Positions 12,471 through 21,760 of a DNA stretch of 64,000 bases are shown here, one piece after another (positions within the stretch are counted from its first letter, which is position 1; the number at the start of each line of letters is the position of its first letter). This stretch comes from Candidatus Deferrimicrobiaceae bacterium (GTDB taxonomy: Bacteria; Desulfobacterota; Deferrimicrobia; Deferrimicrobiales; Deferrimicrobiaceae). The position numbers were made by a program, and so were the translations under genes. The notes beneath the pieces were generated by a model. It saw only the letters and a program-made list of their open reading frames with translations. It was not told where the DNA came from and did no database searches. The stretch covers positions 640,001 to 704,000 of the forward strand of contig CAWBVY010000006.1 of the NCBI GenBank assembly GCA_963792415.1. Direction: 5' to 3'.

Positions 12471-13588
12471 GCGACCTCCTCCGTCAGACCCTGGAGTCGG
12501 TCAACGTCGGGATCCTCGTCTTCGACATCGCGGGAAAGCTGGCGTACATCAACCCCGCCGCCGAAGAGATCCTGCAGGGCTCCTCCCAGGCGCTCGCCGG
12601 GAAACATTTCCGGACCCTTTTCCGGGGAAGCCCGGAAGCGGTCCGGATCGTCCGGAAGGCGATCGAGGAGAACACGCCGGTCACGGGCTTCGACGTGGCG
12701 TTGAAGCGGGTGGGGGGCGGGCGGACGGTTCAGCGTCGCGGGGCCGCTTCCATCCCGGTGATGCTCGGCGCCTCCCCGCTCTCCGGGGCATCCGGCGATC
12801 CGCAGGGGGCGGTCCTCTCGGTCAAATCGTCGGAGATCCTCTCGCTCGTCGGCCAGGAAGAGCGGGCGGCGGTCCGCGCCGAGGAGATGCAGATGCTGTC
12901 GTACGGAATCGCCCACGAGATCAAGAATCCCCTGGGCGGCATCCTCGGGGCGGCACAGTGGATCCTGCGCGGGGAAGGCCCGGACGAGGACCGCGCCGAG
13001 GGGGTCCGGCTGATCCTGCGCGAGGCGCGGCGGATCAACGACCTCGTGGAAAAGATGCTCGAGATGGGGAAAACCCCCCCGCCCCCGCGGCCCTTCCCCC
13101 TCCTGCCCCTGCTGCGCGAGGCGGAGCAACTTCTCCTCTCCGAGGCCCGCGCCCAGGGGAAGGAGGTCCGGTTCGATCTTCGCGTCGACCCGAGCCTCCC
13201 CCCGATCTCCGGGCACCCGGACACCGTCTACCGGGCCCTCCTCAACATACTGAAGAACGCCGTGGAGGCGATCGAGCGGGCGGGGACCGTCGGGATCGAG
13301 GCGCGGATGAACGTCAACTACCGGTTCGCCCGGGGGCGGGGCAGGAAGCGTTCGTTCCTCGAGGTCGAGATCATCGACAGCGGGAAAGGGATGACGGAAG
13401 AGGAGCTGCGCAAGGCGCTCCTCCCCTTCTACACCACGAAGGCCCGCGGCACGGGACTCGGCCTGGTGATGGCCCGGCAGGCGGTGACGCGGCTCGGCGG
13501 AAAGATGGAGATCCGGTCTTCTCCCGGCGCCGGAACCGCGGTATTACTATCCCTTCCGGTCGATCCGGGGAGAAAGGCCGCGACGTGA
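12467..13588 (+). CDS. PAS-domain sensor histidine kinase, NtrB-like
   Basis: PAS (YINPAAEEIL), H-box AHEIKNPL, N-box NILKNAVEA, DSGKG, PFYTTK and GTGLGL. TTG start overlaps the dusB stop. Confidence 0.88.
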   Translation: MSDLLRQTLESVNVGILVFDIAGKLAYINPAAEEILQGSSQALAGKHFRTLFRGSPEAVRIVRKAIEENTPVTGFDVALKRVGGGRTVQRRGAASIPVMLGASPLSGASGDPQGAVLSVKSSEILSLVGQEERAAVRAEEMQMLSYGIAHEIKNPLGGILGAAQWILRGEGPDEDRAEGVRLILREARRINDLVEKMLEMGKTPPPPRPFPLLPLLREAEQLLLSEARAQGKEVRFDLRVDPSLPPISGHPDTVYRALLNILKNAVEAIERAGTVGIEARMNVNYRFARGRGRKRSFLEVEIIDSGKGMTEEELRKALLPFYTTKARGTGLGLVMARQAVTRLGGKMEIRSSPGAGTAVLLSLPVDPGRKAAT

Positions 13589-15027
13589 GACGAATCCTCA
13601 TCGCAGACGACGACGAGAGCATCCGCTGGGTCCTCCGGAAGACCGTCACCGGGATGGGGTTCGCCGCGGATCTCGCCGAGGACGGAGAGCAGGCCCTCGC
13701 CCTCCTGGGCAAGAACACCTACGCCGCCGCCTTCGTCGACATCCGGATGCCCGGGGTGGAGGGGATCGAGGTGCTCGAACGCGTCCAGGCGCGGAAGTCC
13801 CCCACCCTTTTCTTCATCATGACCGCGGTCCACCGTCCCGACGTCGCCGCGCGCTCCACCCGTGCGGGGGCCGCCGAGTTCATCACCAAGCCGTTCGAAC
13901 TCTCCCGCATCGAGGAACTCCTGCGCAGCGTGGCAAAGGAGTCGTCCTCCAGGGAGAGTTCCTTCCGCCCCGAGGAGCGGGAAGAGTGGACCTCGGCCCG
14001 GATCGTGGGGAAGAGCCGCGTCCTCCTCGAGGTGTTCCAGAAAATCGGGAAGGTGGCCGATTCGGACGCCACCATTCTTCTCCTCGGGGAGCGCGGCGTG
14101 GGGAAGGAGTTGATCGCCCGGTGCATCCACGACCTGGGGGGGCGAACGGGTCCCTTCGTGGCGGTGAACATCCCCGCGATCCCCCGCGACCTCCAGGAGG
14201 CGGAGCTGTTCGGACACGAGAAGGGGGCGTTCACCGGAGCGGAAAGCGCACGCCCGGGGAAACTCTCCGCCGCCATGGACGGCACCCTCTTCCTCGACGA
14301 AATCGGCGATACGCCCGGCGGGTTGCAGGCCAAGCTGCTGCGTTTCCTGCAGGAGCGGGAGTACGCCCCGGTGGGATCCGACCAGCCGCGAAAATTCCGC
14401 GGACGAATCATCGCGGCGACGAATCGCAACCTGGAGAAGATGGTGTCGGACGGAAAGTTCCGGGAGGACCTCTTCGACCGGCTGAACGTCTTCCCCCTGC
14501 GTGTGCCTTCCCTCGCCGAGAGGATGGAGGACATCCCGCTGCTGGCGGACTATTTCCTGCAAAAATATTGCGCCGTCCTCTCCCGCCCGCCGCGCTCCTT
14601 CTCGAAGGAGGCGGTCGAGGAACTCTCCGCCCACCCCTGGAGAGGGAACGTTCGGGAGCTCGAGAACTTCGTCCAGCGCCTGGCGGTCCTCTCACCGGGA
14701 AAACTGCTGCGGCGGGACGACGTGGTGCGCGAGCTGACCAGGGAGAAAGGCGCGCACGAGGCTTCTTCCTCGCCGATGGAGCAGCTGGTCGAGGAGCGGA
14801 TCCGGGAGTTCCTCCGCCGGCTCGGGCCGGCGCTCGACTCCGAGACCCGCCTTCACGAACTCTTCGTCCGGCAGGTGGAGCGCCCTCTCGTCAAGGTCGT
14901 TCTCGAGGCGACGGCGGGGAACCAGATCCGCGCGGCGTCGATCCTTGGGATCCACCGGAATACGCTGCGGAAGAAGGTCGCGGAGCTCGGGCTGGCGCCG
15001 AGGTCCCGGAAGAGGAAGGGAGCGTGA
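13585..15027 (+). CDS. Sigma54-dependent response regulator, NtrC-like
   Basis: Receiver (IADDD, DIRMP, KPF), GERGVGKE, GAFTGA, WRGNVREL and a Fis-type HTH (GNQIRAASILGIHRNTLRKK). Confidence 0.92.
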   Translation: MRRILIADDDESIRWVLRKTVTGMGFAADLAEDGEQALALLGKNTYAAAFVDIRMPGVEGIEVLERVQARKSPTLFFIMTAVHRPDVAARSTRAGAAEFITKPFELSRIEELLRSVAKESSSRESSFRPEEREEWTSARIVGKSRVLLEVFQKIGKVADSDATILLLGERGVGKELIARCIHDLGGRTGPFVAVNIPAIPRDLQEAELFGHEKGAFTGAESARPGKLSAAMDGTLFLDEIGDTPGGLQAKLLRFLQEREYAPVGSDQPRKFRGRIIAATNRNLEKMVSDGKFREDLFDRLNVFPLRVPSLAERMEDIPLLADYFLQKYCAVLSRPPRSFSKEAVEELSAHPWRGNVRELENFVQRLAVLSPGKLLRRDDVVRELTREKGAHEASSSPMEQLVEERIREFLRRLGPALDSETRLHELFVRQVERPLVKVVLEATAGNQIRAASILGIHRNTLRKKVAELGLAPRSRKRKGA

Positions 15028-15824
15028 CCGCCATGGAAAAGCGGAGCAGGGTGCCGGCGATCCTCGCGTTCGGGGGATTCGATCCGACCGGGGGCGCGGG
15101 CGTGTTGATGGATTCGCGCGCGGCGGCGGCGGCCGGGGTTCACGCCAGCGCGGTCGTCTCGTGCCTTACGGTGCAGACCACCGCATCCTTCTCCCGCTTC
15201 GCGTCCGTCCCGCGCGACGTCCTGGATGAATCGCTCGCGGCCGCAGCGAAGAGTTTCCCGCTAGGGGCCGTCAAGGTCGGGATGGTGGGGACCCGGGCCG
15301 CCGCGGAAGCGATCCTCTCCTTCGTCGCCGCGCACCGCGATCTTCCCCTCGTCCTCGACCCCGTGCTCCGCTCCTCCTCCGGTGCGCCGCTTCTATCCTC
15401 GTCCGCGTTGCCCGCGTATCGGCGGCTGCTCCGGCGCGCCGCGGTCCTCACCCCCAACCTCCCCGAAGCCGAAAAGCTTCTGGACCGTCGGATCGTCTCC
15501 TTCGACGACGCGGCGGAGGCCGCGGAGGACCTCTCCGGACGGACCGGCGCCTCCGTCGTCCTCAAGGGGGGCCACTTTCCGTGGAGGGGACGCCGGGGGA
15601 CGGACATCGTCTTTTCCGGCGGGCAGACCACGCTCCTTCCTCCGATCGGCGCCCGTCGCGGCGACCCGCACGGCACCGGATGCGCCCTTGCCGCGGTGAT
15701 CGCCGCGCGGATCGCGGCGGGGGACTCCGTCGTCCCTGCCGTTCTTGCCGCGAAATCCCTTCTTTCGGAACTGGTCGCAGGCGGTTTCCCCTCGGCGGAG
15801 GGGCGCCCCATCCTGTTCCCGTAA
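15024..15824 (+). CDS. thiD: Hydroxymethylpyrimidine/phosphomethylpyrimidine kinase (alternative ATG at 15033)
   Basis: GFDPTGGAG, VKVGM, LVLDPV, TPNLPEA, VLKGGH and HGTGC motifs. Confidence 0.9.
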   Translation: MTAMEKRSRVPAILAFGGFDPTGGAGVLMDSRAAAAAGVHASAVVSCLTVQTTASFSRFASVPRDVLDESLAAAAKSFPLGAVKVGMVGTRAAAEAILSFVAAHRDLPLVLDPVLRSSSGAPLLSSSALPAYRRLLRRAAVLTPNLPEAEKLLDRRIVSFDDAAEAAEDLSGRTGASVVLKGGHFPWRGRRGTDIVFSGGQTTLLPPIGARRGDPHGTGCALAAVIAARIAAGDSVVPAVLAAKSLLSELVAGGFPSAEGRPILFP

Positions 15825-15849
15825 CCGGTTGGGGGAATCCGTACGATGA

Positions 15850-17232
15850 CTACTCGAGGTCCTGCGCCAGGTCCTCGAAGCGGGTGAACTGCGAAAGGAA
15901 CGCGAGCTTCACGTCGCGCATGGGGCCGCTCCGGTTCTTGCCGATGATGATCTCGGCGACCCCCTTCGCCTCCTGCGGCGTCTTCTCCTTGGCGTACATC
16001 TCCTCCCGGTAGACGAACAGGATCAGGTCGCTATCCTGCTCGATCGCCCCACTCTCGCGCAAGTCCGCCATCTGAGGGCGCTTATCGTTCCGGCTCTCCA
16101 CCCCGCGGCTGAGCTGGGAGACAGCGACCACCGGGATGTTCAGCTCCTTGGCCAGCGACTTCATGGAGCGCGAGATCTCGGAGACCTCCTGCACCCGGTT
16201 TTCGGAGTTCTGGCGGGTGTTGGAGCCGTGCATCAGCTGCAGGTAGTCGACGATGACCATCCCGATGCCGCGCTCCTTTTTCAGCCGCCGCGCCTTCGCC
16301 CGCAGCTCCATCGCCGATAGCGTCCCGGAGTCGTCGGTGTAGATCGGCGCCTCGGAGAGTTTCCCCACGGCGGCAACGAGCCGGTTGACCTCCTCCTGCG
16401 CGAGGTGCCCCGTACGAAGCCGCTGGAAGTTGACGCGCGCCTCGGAGCAGATCATCCGCATCGCCAGCTCCTGGCGGCTCATCTCGAGGGAGAAGATCGC
16501 GACGGGGAGCTTCTGCCGGGTCGCCGCGTTCACCGCGATGTTGAGGCAGAGCGAGGTCTTCCCCATCCCCGGGCGGGCCGCCACGACGATCATGTTGGAC
16601 CGCTGGAACCCGGCGGTGACCTGGTCCAGGTCCCGGAAACCGGACGCGACTCCGGTGATCCGCTCCTTCCGCTCGTACGCCTCCTCGATCTCCTTCATCG
16701 CCTCGCGGGCCATCTCGCCCATCACGTAGTAGGAGGGCCGGATCTTCTCCTCGGCGATGGCGAAGATCGCCTGCTCGGTCCGGTCGAGGAAGACGTCGAT
16801 GTCGGCGACCCCCTGGAAGGCGGCGGTGGTGATCTCCTGCGCCGCGGAAATCGTCTTCCGGAGGATCGACTTCTCCTTCACGATCCGCGCGTAGTGCACG
16901 ACGTTGTCGGAGATGGGGACGGAGGTGACGATTTCGGAGAGGTAGGCGAGCCCGCCGACCTGCTGTTCGGCGTTCCGGTCCTTCAGGACCGCGGACAGGG
17001 TGAGCTGGTCGATGGGGCGCCCGCGGTCGTAGAGGTCGACCATCGACTCGTAGAGGATCCGGTGGGCGCCCTGGTAGAAATCGCCCGGGCGCAGGACCTC
17101 CATGACGCCGTTGATCAGGTCGTTGTTCAGCAGGACCGACGCGATGACGGCCTGCTCCGCGTGGAGATCGTGGGGGGGAACCCGGAGAGAGGCGTCGTTG
17201 CCGCCCGGCGTCGTGCTGCGATTCTCGTCCAT
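15850..17232 (-). CDS. dnaB: Replicative DNA helicase
   Basis: AARPGMGKT, FSLEM, VDYLQL, SQLSR and DLRESGAIEQD motifs. Confidence 0.98.
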   Translation of the reverse strand: MDENRSTTPGGNDASLRVPPHDLHAEQAVIASVLLNNDLINGVMEVLRPGDFYQGAHRILYESMVDLYDRGRPIDQLTLSAVLKDRNAEQQVGGLAYLSEIVTSVPISDNVVHYARIVKEKSILRKTISAAQEITTAAFQGVADIDVFLDRTEQAIFAIAEEKIRPSYYVMGEMAREAMKEIEEAYERKERITGVASGFRDLDQVTAGFQRSNMIVVAARPGMGKTSLCLNIAVNAATRQKLPVAIFSLEMSRQELAMRMICSEARVNFQRLRTGHLAQEEVNRLVAAVGKLSEAPIYTDDSGTLSAMELRAKARRLKKERGIGMVIVDYLQLMHGSNTRQNSENRVQEVSEISRSMKSLAKELNIPVVAVSQLSRGVESRNDKRPQMADLRESGAIEQDSDLILFVYREEMYAKEKTPQEAKGVAEIIIGKNRSGPMRDVKLAFLSQFTRFEDLAQDLE

Positions 17233-17268
17233 CGACGCCCCCCTTCCGGAGTGGATTCGTGATGCGGT

Positions 17269-17715
17269 CTAAGTCTCCGGCACCACGCTGACGGAGATCT
17301 CCGGAAGGACGTCGGCCGCCACCCGGATCTTCACCTTGTAGTCGCCCACCTGCTTGATCGGGTCGGCGAGCTGGATCGCCTTGCGGTCGACGGTCACGCC
17401 GGCCTTCCCGAGCGCCTCCGCGATGTCCCGCGACGTGATGGCGCCGAACAGCTTCCCCTCCTCCCCCGCTTTCGCGGGAAGGGTGAGGGAGACGGCGGAC
17501 AGCGTCGCCGCCGTCGCCTCGGCGGTCTTCCGGGTCTTCTTCGCCCGCGTCTCGATCGTCCGCCGATCGTGATCGAGGGACTTCATGTTCCGAACGTTCG
17601 CCAGGACCGCCAGCTGCCGCGGGATCAGGTAGTTCCGCCCGTACCCGTCCTTGACCTTGACGACCTCGCCGGCCTTTCCCAGGTTTTCAACGTCTTCGCG
17701 CAGGATGATTTTCAT
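17269..17715 (-). CDS. rplI: 50S ribosomal protein L9
   Basis: MKIILREDV...VKDGYGRNYLIP and GKLFGAIT. Confidence 0.98.
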   Translation of the reverse strand: MKIILREDVENLGKAGEVVKVKDGYGRNYLIPRQLAVLANVRNMKSLDHDRRTIETRAKKTRKTAEATAATLSAVSLTLPAKAGEEGKLFGAITSRDIAEALGKAGVTVDRKAIQLADPIKQVGDYKVKIRVAADVLPEISVSVVPET

Positions 17716-17725
17716 CGGGGCACCC

Positions 17726-18031
17726 CTACCGGACCTGCGTGGCGGTGAAGGCGATCAGCGCGAGGATCCGCGCCTTCTTGATCTCCACCGTCAGCTTCCG
17801 CTGGTGCTTCGCGCAGTTCCCCGTGATGCGGCGGGGGACGATCTTCCCCCGCTCGGACACGAACTGCTTGATCATGTACGCGTTCTTGTAGTCGATCGCG
17901 AGCTCTTTCTCCGCGCAGAAGCGGCAGAACTTCTTGCGGATGTACCGCTTCTTCCCTCCTCCGCCCGGGCCGCGATGATCGTCGCGCCGGGGACCGGACG
18001 ATGAAGGGCGGGGCTTGTACGGGGTGCTCAT
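17726..18031 (-). CDS. rpsR: 30S ribosomal protein S18 (Zn-binding form)
   Basis: CRFC, IDYKN and [19 protein letters not shown]. Confidence 0.98.
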   Translation of the reverse strand: MSTPYKPRPSSSGPRRDDHRGPGGGGKKRYIRKKFCRFCAEKELAIDYKNAYMIKQFVSERGKIVPRRITGNCAKHQRKLTVEIKKARILALIAFTATQVR

Positions 18032-18068
18032 CGGGTGTTACCTCCTTGGAATCCGGATCGTATTTTTT

Positions 18069-18467
18069 TCAGAACGGGATGTCGTCGTCTTGCGATTCGG
18101 CCGCCGGGGCCGACGGTGCGGAAGACTCGGCCGAGGCGCCGCGCGGTCCACCGAGGAACTGGACGTTGTCCGCCACGACCTCGATCTTGCTCCGCTTCAC
18201 GCCGTCGGTCTCCCAGCTGCGCTGCCGCAGGCGCCCCTCGACCAGGACGGGACGGCCCTTGGAAAGGTACTCGGCGCAGTTCTCGCCCGTTTTCCCGAAC
18301 ACCGAGACGTCGAAGAAGGAGACCTCTTCCTTGACCTCGTTGTTCGACTTGTAGCGGCGATTCACCGCGATGCTGAAGCTGGTCACGGCCACCCCGGAAG
18401 GGAGAAAGCGCGTCTCCGGATCCCGCACGAGGTTGCCGGCGAGAATGACACGGTTGAAAGTGACCAT
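18069..18467 (-). CDS. ssb: Single-stranded DNA-binding protein
   Basis: NRVILAGNLVRDPE and a C-terminal DDDIPF. Confidence 0.98.
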   Translation of the reverse strand: MVTFNRVILAGNLVRDPETRFLPSGVAVTSFSIAVNRRYKSNNEVKEEVSFFDVSVFGKTGENCAEYLSKGRPVLVEGRLRQRSWETDGVKRSKIEVVADNVQFLGGPRGASAESSAPSAPAAESQDDDIPF

Positions 18468-18491
18468 CGGAACCCTCCCTTGGCCTGCCCG

Positions 18492-18911
18492 TCAGGCTTC
18501 CGCGGGAGCCGCGGGCGCCTGGGGCGTTTCGGGTTCGGGCGTTTCGGACGCGGGCGTTCCGGAGTCCGCAGGGGCGTCTCCCGCAGGGGATGCGGCCGCC
18601 TCGACCTTCGGCGCAAGTGCAGCGGTGTGGAGGGTGGTGAGATGGCGAAGAATCCCCTCGAAGATCTTGATGTTGCGCTCCACCTCTTCCACGACGCCGC
18701 GGTTCCCGGTGTAGAGGAGAAAGGTGTAGAAGGCGTTGGATTTCTTCCGGATCGCGTAGGCGAGTTTGCGGTTCCCCCAGTCGTCGATCTTCAGTACCTC
18801 GCCCTTGTAGTCGGCGACGATCCCGGAGAGCTTCCCGAGGAACTCTTTCCTCGCGTCCTCCGGGAGTTCGGGGTCGAACAGGATGGCGGTTTCATACCTC
18901 TTCGTTGTCAT
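18492..18911 (-). CDS. rpsF: 30S ribosomal protein S6
   Basis: RYETAILFDP and DDWGNRKLAYAIRK. rpsF-ssb-rpsR-rplI order. Confidence 0.96.
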   Translation of the reverse strand: MTTKRYETAILFDPELPEDARKEFLGKLSGIVADYKGEVLKIDDWGNRKLAYAIRKKSNAFYTFLLYTGNRGVVEEVERNIKIFEGILRHLTTLHTAALAPKVEAAASPAGDAPADSGTPASETPEPETPQAPAAPAEA

Positions 18912-19596
18912 CTTGCGATCTTGCCTCCTTTCGGCTGATCGAGCCCCCGGACCGTGTGCCGGGAGCAAGGAGTATGTTTCCCCCCGGGGATTCCGGCGGG
19001 GCCTTGCAAAGCTTGCCATCCTCGCGCGCCTTCGCGTTCCAGCGGGTCATGGCCTTGTCGAAACCGAGCCTGGCGATCTCCGCGAACGCCTCGGCGGCGG
19101 CGGCGACCGCCGCGTCGAACGCCTCCCGGAGCTCCGGAGCCGGGGGGGTCAGGACGTAGTCGGCCGGGTCGACTCCCGCGGGGGGCCGCCCGATCCCCAG
19201 GCGGATCCGGAGAAATTCGGCGGTCCCGAGACGTTCCTTGAGCGAGCGCAGCCCGTTGTGGCCTCCCGTCCCCCCGCCGCGTTTCAGCCTCACCGCGCCG
19301 ACCGGAAGATCGAGATCGTCGTGGAGGACCACCAGATCCTCCGGGCCGACGGCATGCTTCCTGTAGAGCGGCGCCACCGCGTCCCCGGACAGATTCATGA
19401 ACGTCATCGGCTTGACGAGGACGAACTGCCGCCCGTCGATCTCTCCGGTTCCCAGCGAAGCGGCGGCGGCGGCCCGCCACCGCACGCCCAGCGATTCTGC
19501 GACCCGGTCGATCGCCAGGAACCCCGCGTTGTGGAGCGTGGCGACGTACCGGCGCCCCGGATTCCCCAGTCCGACGATGAGCCGCGCGGGGCTCAG
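18892..19596 (-). CDS. pth: Peptidyl-tRNA hydrolase with an extended C-terminus; start uncertain (CTG at ~19596)
   Basis: LIVGLGNPG, HNAGF, KPMTFMNLSG, HDDLD, GHNGL and RIRLGIGRP. Confidence 0.93.
   Translation of the reverse strand: MSPARLIVGLGNPGRRYVATLHNAGFLAIDRVAESLGVRWRAAAAASLGTGEIDGRQFVLVKPMTFMNLSGDAVAPLYRKHAVGPEDLVVLHDDLDLPVGAVRLKRGGGTGGHNGLRSLKERLGTAEFLRIRLGIGRPPAGVDPADYVLTPPAPELREAFDAAVAAAAEAFAEIARLGFDKAMTRWNAKAREDGKLCKAPPESPGGNILLAPGTRSGGSISRKEARSQDDNEEV
18922..18975 (-). ncRNA. Putative S6:S18 ribosomal-protein leader RNA
   Basis: Minus strand CTCCTT-GCTCCCGG...CCGGGGGC...GCCG-AAAGGAGG. The outer stem pairs with the SD of rpsF and there is an inner hairpin. Confidence 0.55.
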
Positions 19597-19603
19597 GGCC
19601 CCC

Positions 19604-20290
19604 TCACTCCTTCTTCTTCGATTCCTTTTCCGGCTTCTCTTCCTTCGGTGCTCCCTCCGCCACGCTCGCGCCCGCAGCCACTTCCGCCGCAAGCTCCTCG
19701 ACCGCCGCCGGGGCGGCCTCGACCTTCGGCGTGTGGACCGCCGCCAGGGTCATCCGAAGATCCTTCTCGGTTGGAACGACGCCCTCGGGGAACTGGACGT
19801 CCGCCAGGTGGAGAGAATCGCCGATCCCGAGAGAGGCGACATCGAGCTCGAGAAACTCGGGAACGTGGGCGGGAATGCACTCGACCTCGAGGCTGCGGGT
19901 GACCACTTCGAGGACTCCGCCCATCTCGATGCCGGCCGCCTTCCCCTTGACCCGCAGCGGGACCTCGACGCGGAACTTTTTCCCGAGCGCCACCTCGTAG
20001 AAATCGACGTGGGTGACCCGGCCGGTCAGGGGATGGGTCTGGGTCTCTTTCAGGACCGCGAACGATTCTTTCCCCCCGGCCCCGTCCTGCACGGTCATCT
20101 TGACGACCACCGTCCCGCGGCGGGCCGTGTCGAGAAACTTTTCGAGGGGCCTGCGTTGGAACTCGATCGACCGTGTCTCGAGCCCCTTGCCGTAGATGAC
20201 GCCGGGGATCTTCCCCTCGGCGCGACGCTTCCGGTTGATCTCTTTCCCCGTGTACTGGCGGCTGTCCGCCGTCAACTCCATCATCGCCAT
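19604..20290 (-). CDS. rplY: 50S ribosomal protein L25/Ctc
   Basis: RRAEGKIPGVIYG, QTHP...HVDFY and a C-terminal Ctc domain. Confidence 0.96.
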   Translation of the reverse strand: MAMMELTADSRQYTGKEINRKRRAEGKIPGVIYGKGLETRSIEFQRRPLEKFLDTARRGTVVVKMTVQDGAGGKESFAVLKETQTHPLTGRVTHVDFYEVALGKKFRVEVPLRVKGKAAGIEMGGVLEVVTRSLEVECIPAHVPEFLELDVASLGIGDSLHLADVQFPEGVVPTEKDLRMTLAAVHTPKVEAAPAAVEELAAEVAAGASVAEGAPKEEKPEKESKKKE

Positions 20291-20303
20291 CTTCTCTCTC
20301 CTC

Positions 20304-21245
20304 TTATACGAACAGCGAGCTGACCGAATCCTGGAAATGGATCCTCTTGATGGCCTCGCCCAGCAGGGGCGCGACCGTGAGAACGTGAAGTTTCCTGCAC
20401 GCCGCCTTGGAACCCAGGGGAATCGTGTTGGTCACCACGAGTTCCTCGATCTCCGACTTCTCGAGCCGGTCGATCGCAGGACCCGACAGGACCGCGTGGG
20501 TGGCGCAGGCAAAGACATGCTTCGCCCCCTTCCTGCGCAGGGCGTCGGCGGACTGCGCGAGCGTGCCGCCCGTGTCCACCATGTCGTCGAGCAGGACCGC
20601 CGTCTTTCCCTCGACCTCCCCGATGATGTTCATCACCTCGGCCACGTTGGGCGCCAGCCGCCGCTTGTCGATGATGGCGAGGGAGGCGGAAAGGCGCTTG
20701 GCGAAGGCCCGAGCCCGCTCGACGCCCCCGGCGTCCGGGGAGACGATCACGATGTCGTTCTCGTTCCCGTACTTCTCCTTGATGTACTCCAGCAGCACCG
20801 GCGCCGAGTAAAGGTGGTCCACCGGGATGTTGAAGAATCCCTGGATCTGTCCCGCGTGAAGGTCCATCGTCAGCAGCCGGGAGACACCCGCCGCGGTAAG
20901 GAGGTCGGCCACGAGCTTCGCCGTGATCGGGGCTCGCGGGAGGACCTTCCGGTCCTGCCTCGCGTACCCGTAGTACGGGAGAACCGCCGTCACCCGCCTC
21001 GCAGAGGCGCGCTTCAGGCCGTCCATCAGGATCAGCAACTCCATCAGGTGGTCGTTCACCGGGGGGCACGTGGGCTGGATCACGAAAACATCCACGCCGC
21101 GGACGTTGTCCCGGATCTCGACGTTCACCTCGCCGTCGCTGAACCGCTTGATGACCGCGGAACCCAGCGGGATGCAGAGGAACGCGCAGATCTCCTTCGC
21201 CAGATCCGGGTTGGCGTTCCCGGTGAAAATCTTCAGTCGCGTCAC
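20304..21245 (-). CDS. prs: Ribose-phosphate pyrophosphokinase
   Basis: [33 protein letters not shown] and DDMVDTGGT. Confidence 0.98.
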   Translation of the reverse strand: MTRLKIFTGNANPDLAKEICAFLCIPLGSAVIKRFSDGEVNVEIRDNVRGVDVFVIQPTCPPVNDHLMELLILMDGLKRASARRVTAVLPYYGYARQDRKVLPRAPITAKLVADLLTAAGVSRLLTMDLHAGQIQGFFNIPVDHLYSAPVLLEYIKEKYGNENDIVIVSPDAGGVERARAFAKRLSASLAIIDKRRLAPNVAEVMNIIGEVEGKTAVLLDDMVDTGGTLAQSADALRRKGAKHVFACATHAVLSGPAIDRLEKSEIEELVVTNTIPLGSKAACRKLHVLTVAPLLGEAIKRIHFQDSVSSLFV

Positions 21246-21288
21246 ACAAATCCCCTGTATCCGGAGGAAACTTCGCCGAAAGGATTGA

Positions 21289-21317
21289 ATGTTATACCTA
21301 ATGGGTGGGGTTGGCAA
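21289..21317 (-). promoter_or_regulatory. Putative sigma70 promoter of prs
   Basis: TTGCCA-N17-TAACAT. Confidence 0.55.
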
Positions 21318-21354
21318 GTCCTATTCGGCCGCACCCGGGACCCAGCCCCCGGCA

Positions 21355-21428
21355 TGGCTGGGAGGGAAGGGGTCGAACCTTCATCTGGGGCTTCAAAGGC
21401 CCCGGTCCTGCCGTTAGACGACCTCCCA
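21355..21428 (-). tRNA. tRNA-Gln (anticodon TTG), CCA encoded
   Basis: TGGGAGG/CCTCCCA acceptor stem, GGGGC-CTTTGAA-GCCCC anticodon arm, GGTTCGA T-loop. Usual ispE-tRNA-Gln-prs position. Confidence 0.96.
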
Positions 21429-21439
21429 GCGCACCCGCG

Positions 21440-21468
21440 ATTCTAGCGGGCGGCCGCGACCCCGTCAA
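21440..21468 (-). promoter_or_regulatory. tRNA-Gln promoter embedded in the spoVG 3' end
   Basis: TTGACG-N17-TAGAAT, ending 11 nt before the tRNA 5' end. Confidence 0.65.
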
Positions 21469-21730
21469 GGACGGCTCCGGTTCCCCTCTCGTACGCCCCG
21501 ATCACGGCCTCCTCGATCATCCGCCGGGTCTCGTTGTCCAGAGGGTGAGCGGTGTCCCGGTACGTGCCGTCCTTCGTCTTCTTGCTCGGCATGGCGACGA
21601 ACAGACCGGCACTCCCCTGGATGATCTTGAGGTCGCGGACGACGAAGCAGTCGTCGAAGATGATCGTGGCGTACCCTTTCAGCTTTTCGTTGTCCGACAC
21701 CGGAAAAACCTTCACCTCGGTGATCCGCAT
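21443..21730 (-). CDS. spoVG: SpoVG family nucleic-acid-binding protein
   Basis: MRITEVKV...FVVRDLKII...LFVAMPS...YRDTAHP. Confidence 0.96.
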   Translation of the reverse strand: MRITEVKVFPVSDNEKLKGYATIIFDDCFVVRDLKIIQGSAGLFVAMPSKKTKDGTYRDTAHPLDNETRRMIEEAVIGAYERGTGAVLDGVAAAR

Positions 21731-21760
21731 CCTGGCCTCCTCCCCTTCTATTTATTGATG

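Noticed and set aside
11511-15027. dusB-kinase-sigma54 regulator as a novel system
   Set aside because: It matches the well-known nifR3(dusB)-ntrB-ntrC arrangement.
21355-21428. tRNA-Gln as an integration site for an island
   Set aside because: No integrase or duplicated tRNA 3' end was seen, and the flanking genes are in the conserved core order.
21443-21730. spoVG as evidence of sporulation or horizontal transfer
   Set aside because: SpoVG is a general nucleic-acid-binding protein commonly found at the ispE-prs locus in non-sporulating Deltaproteobacteria.
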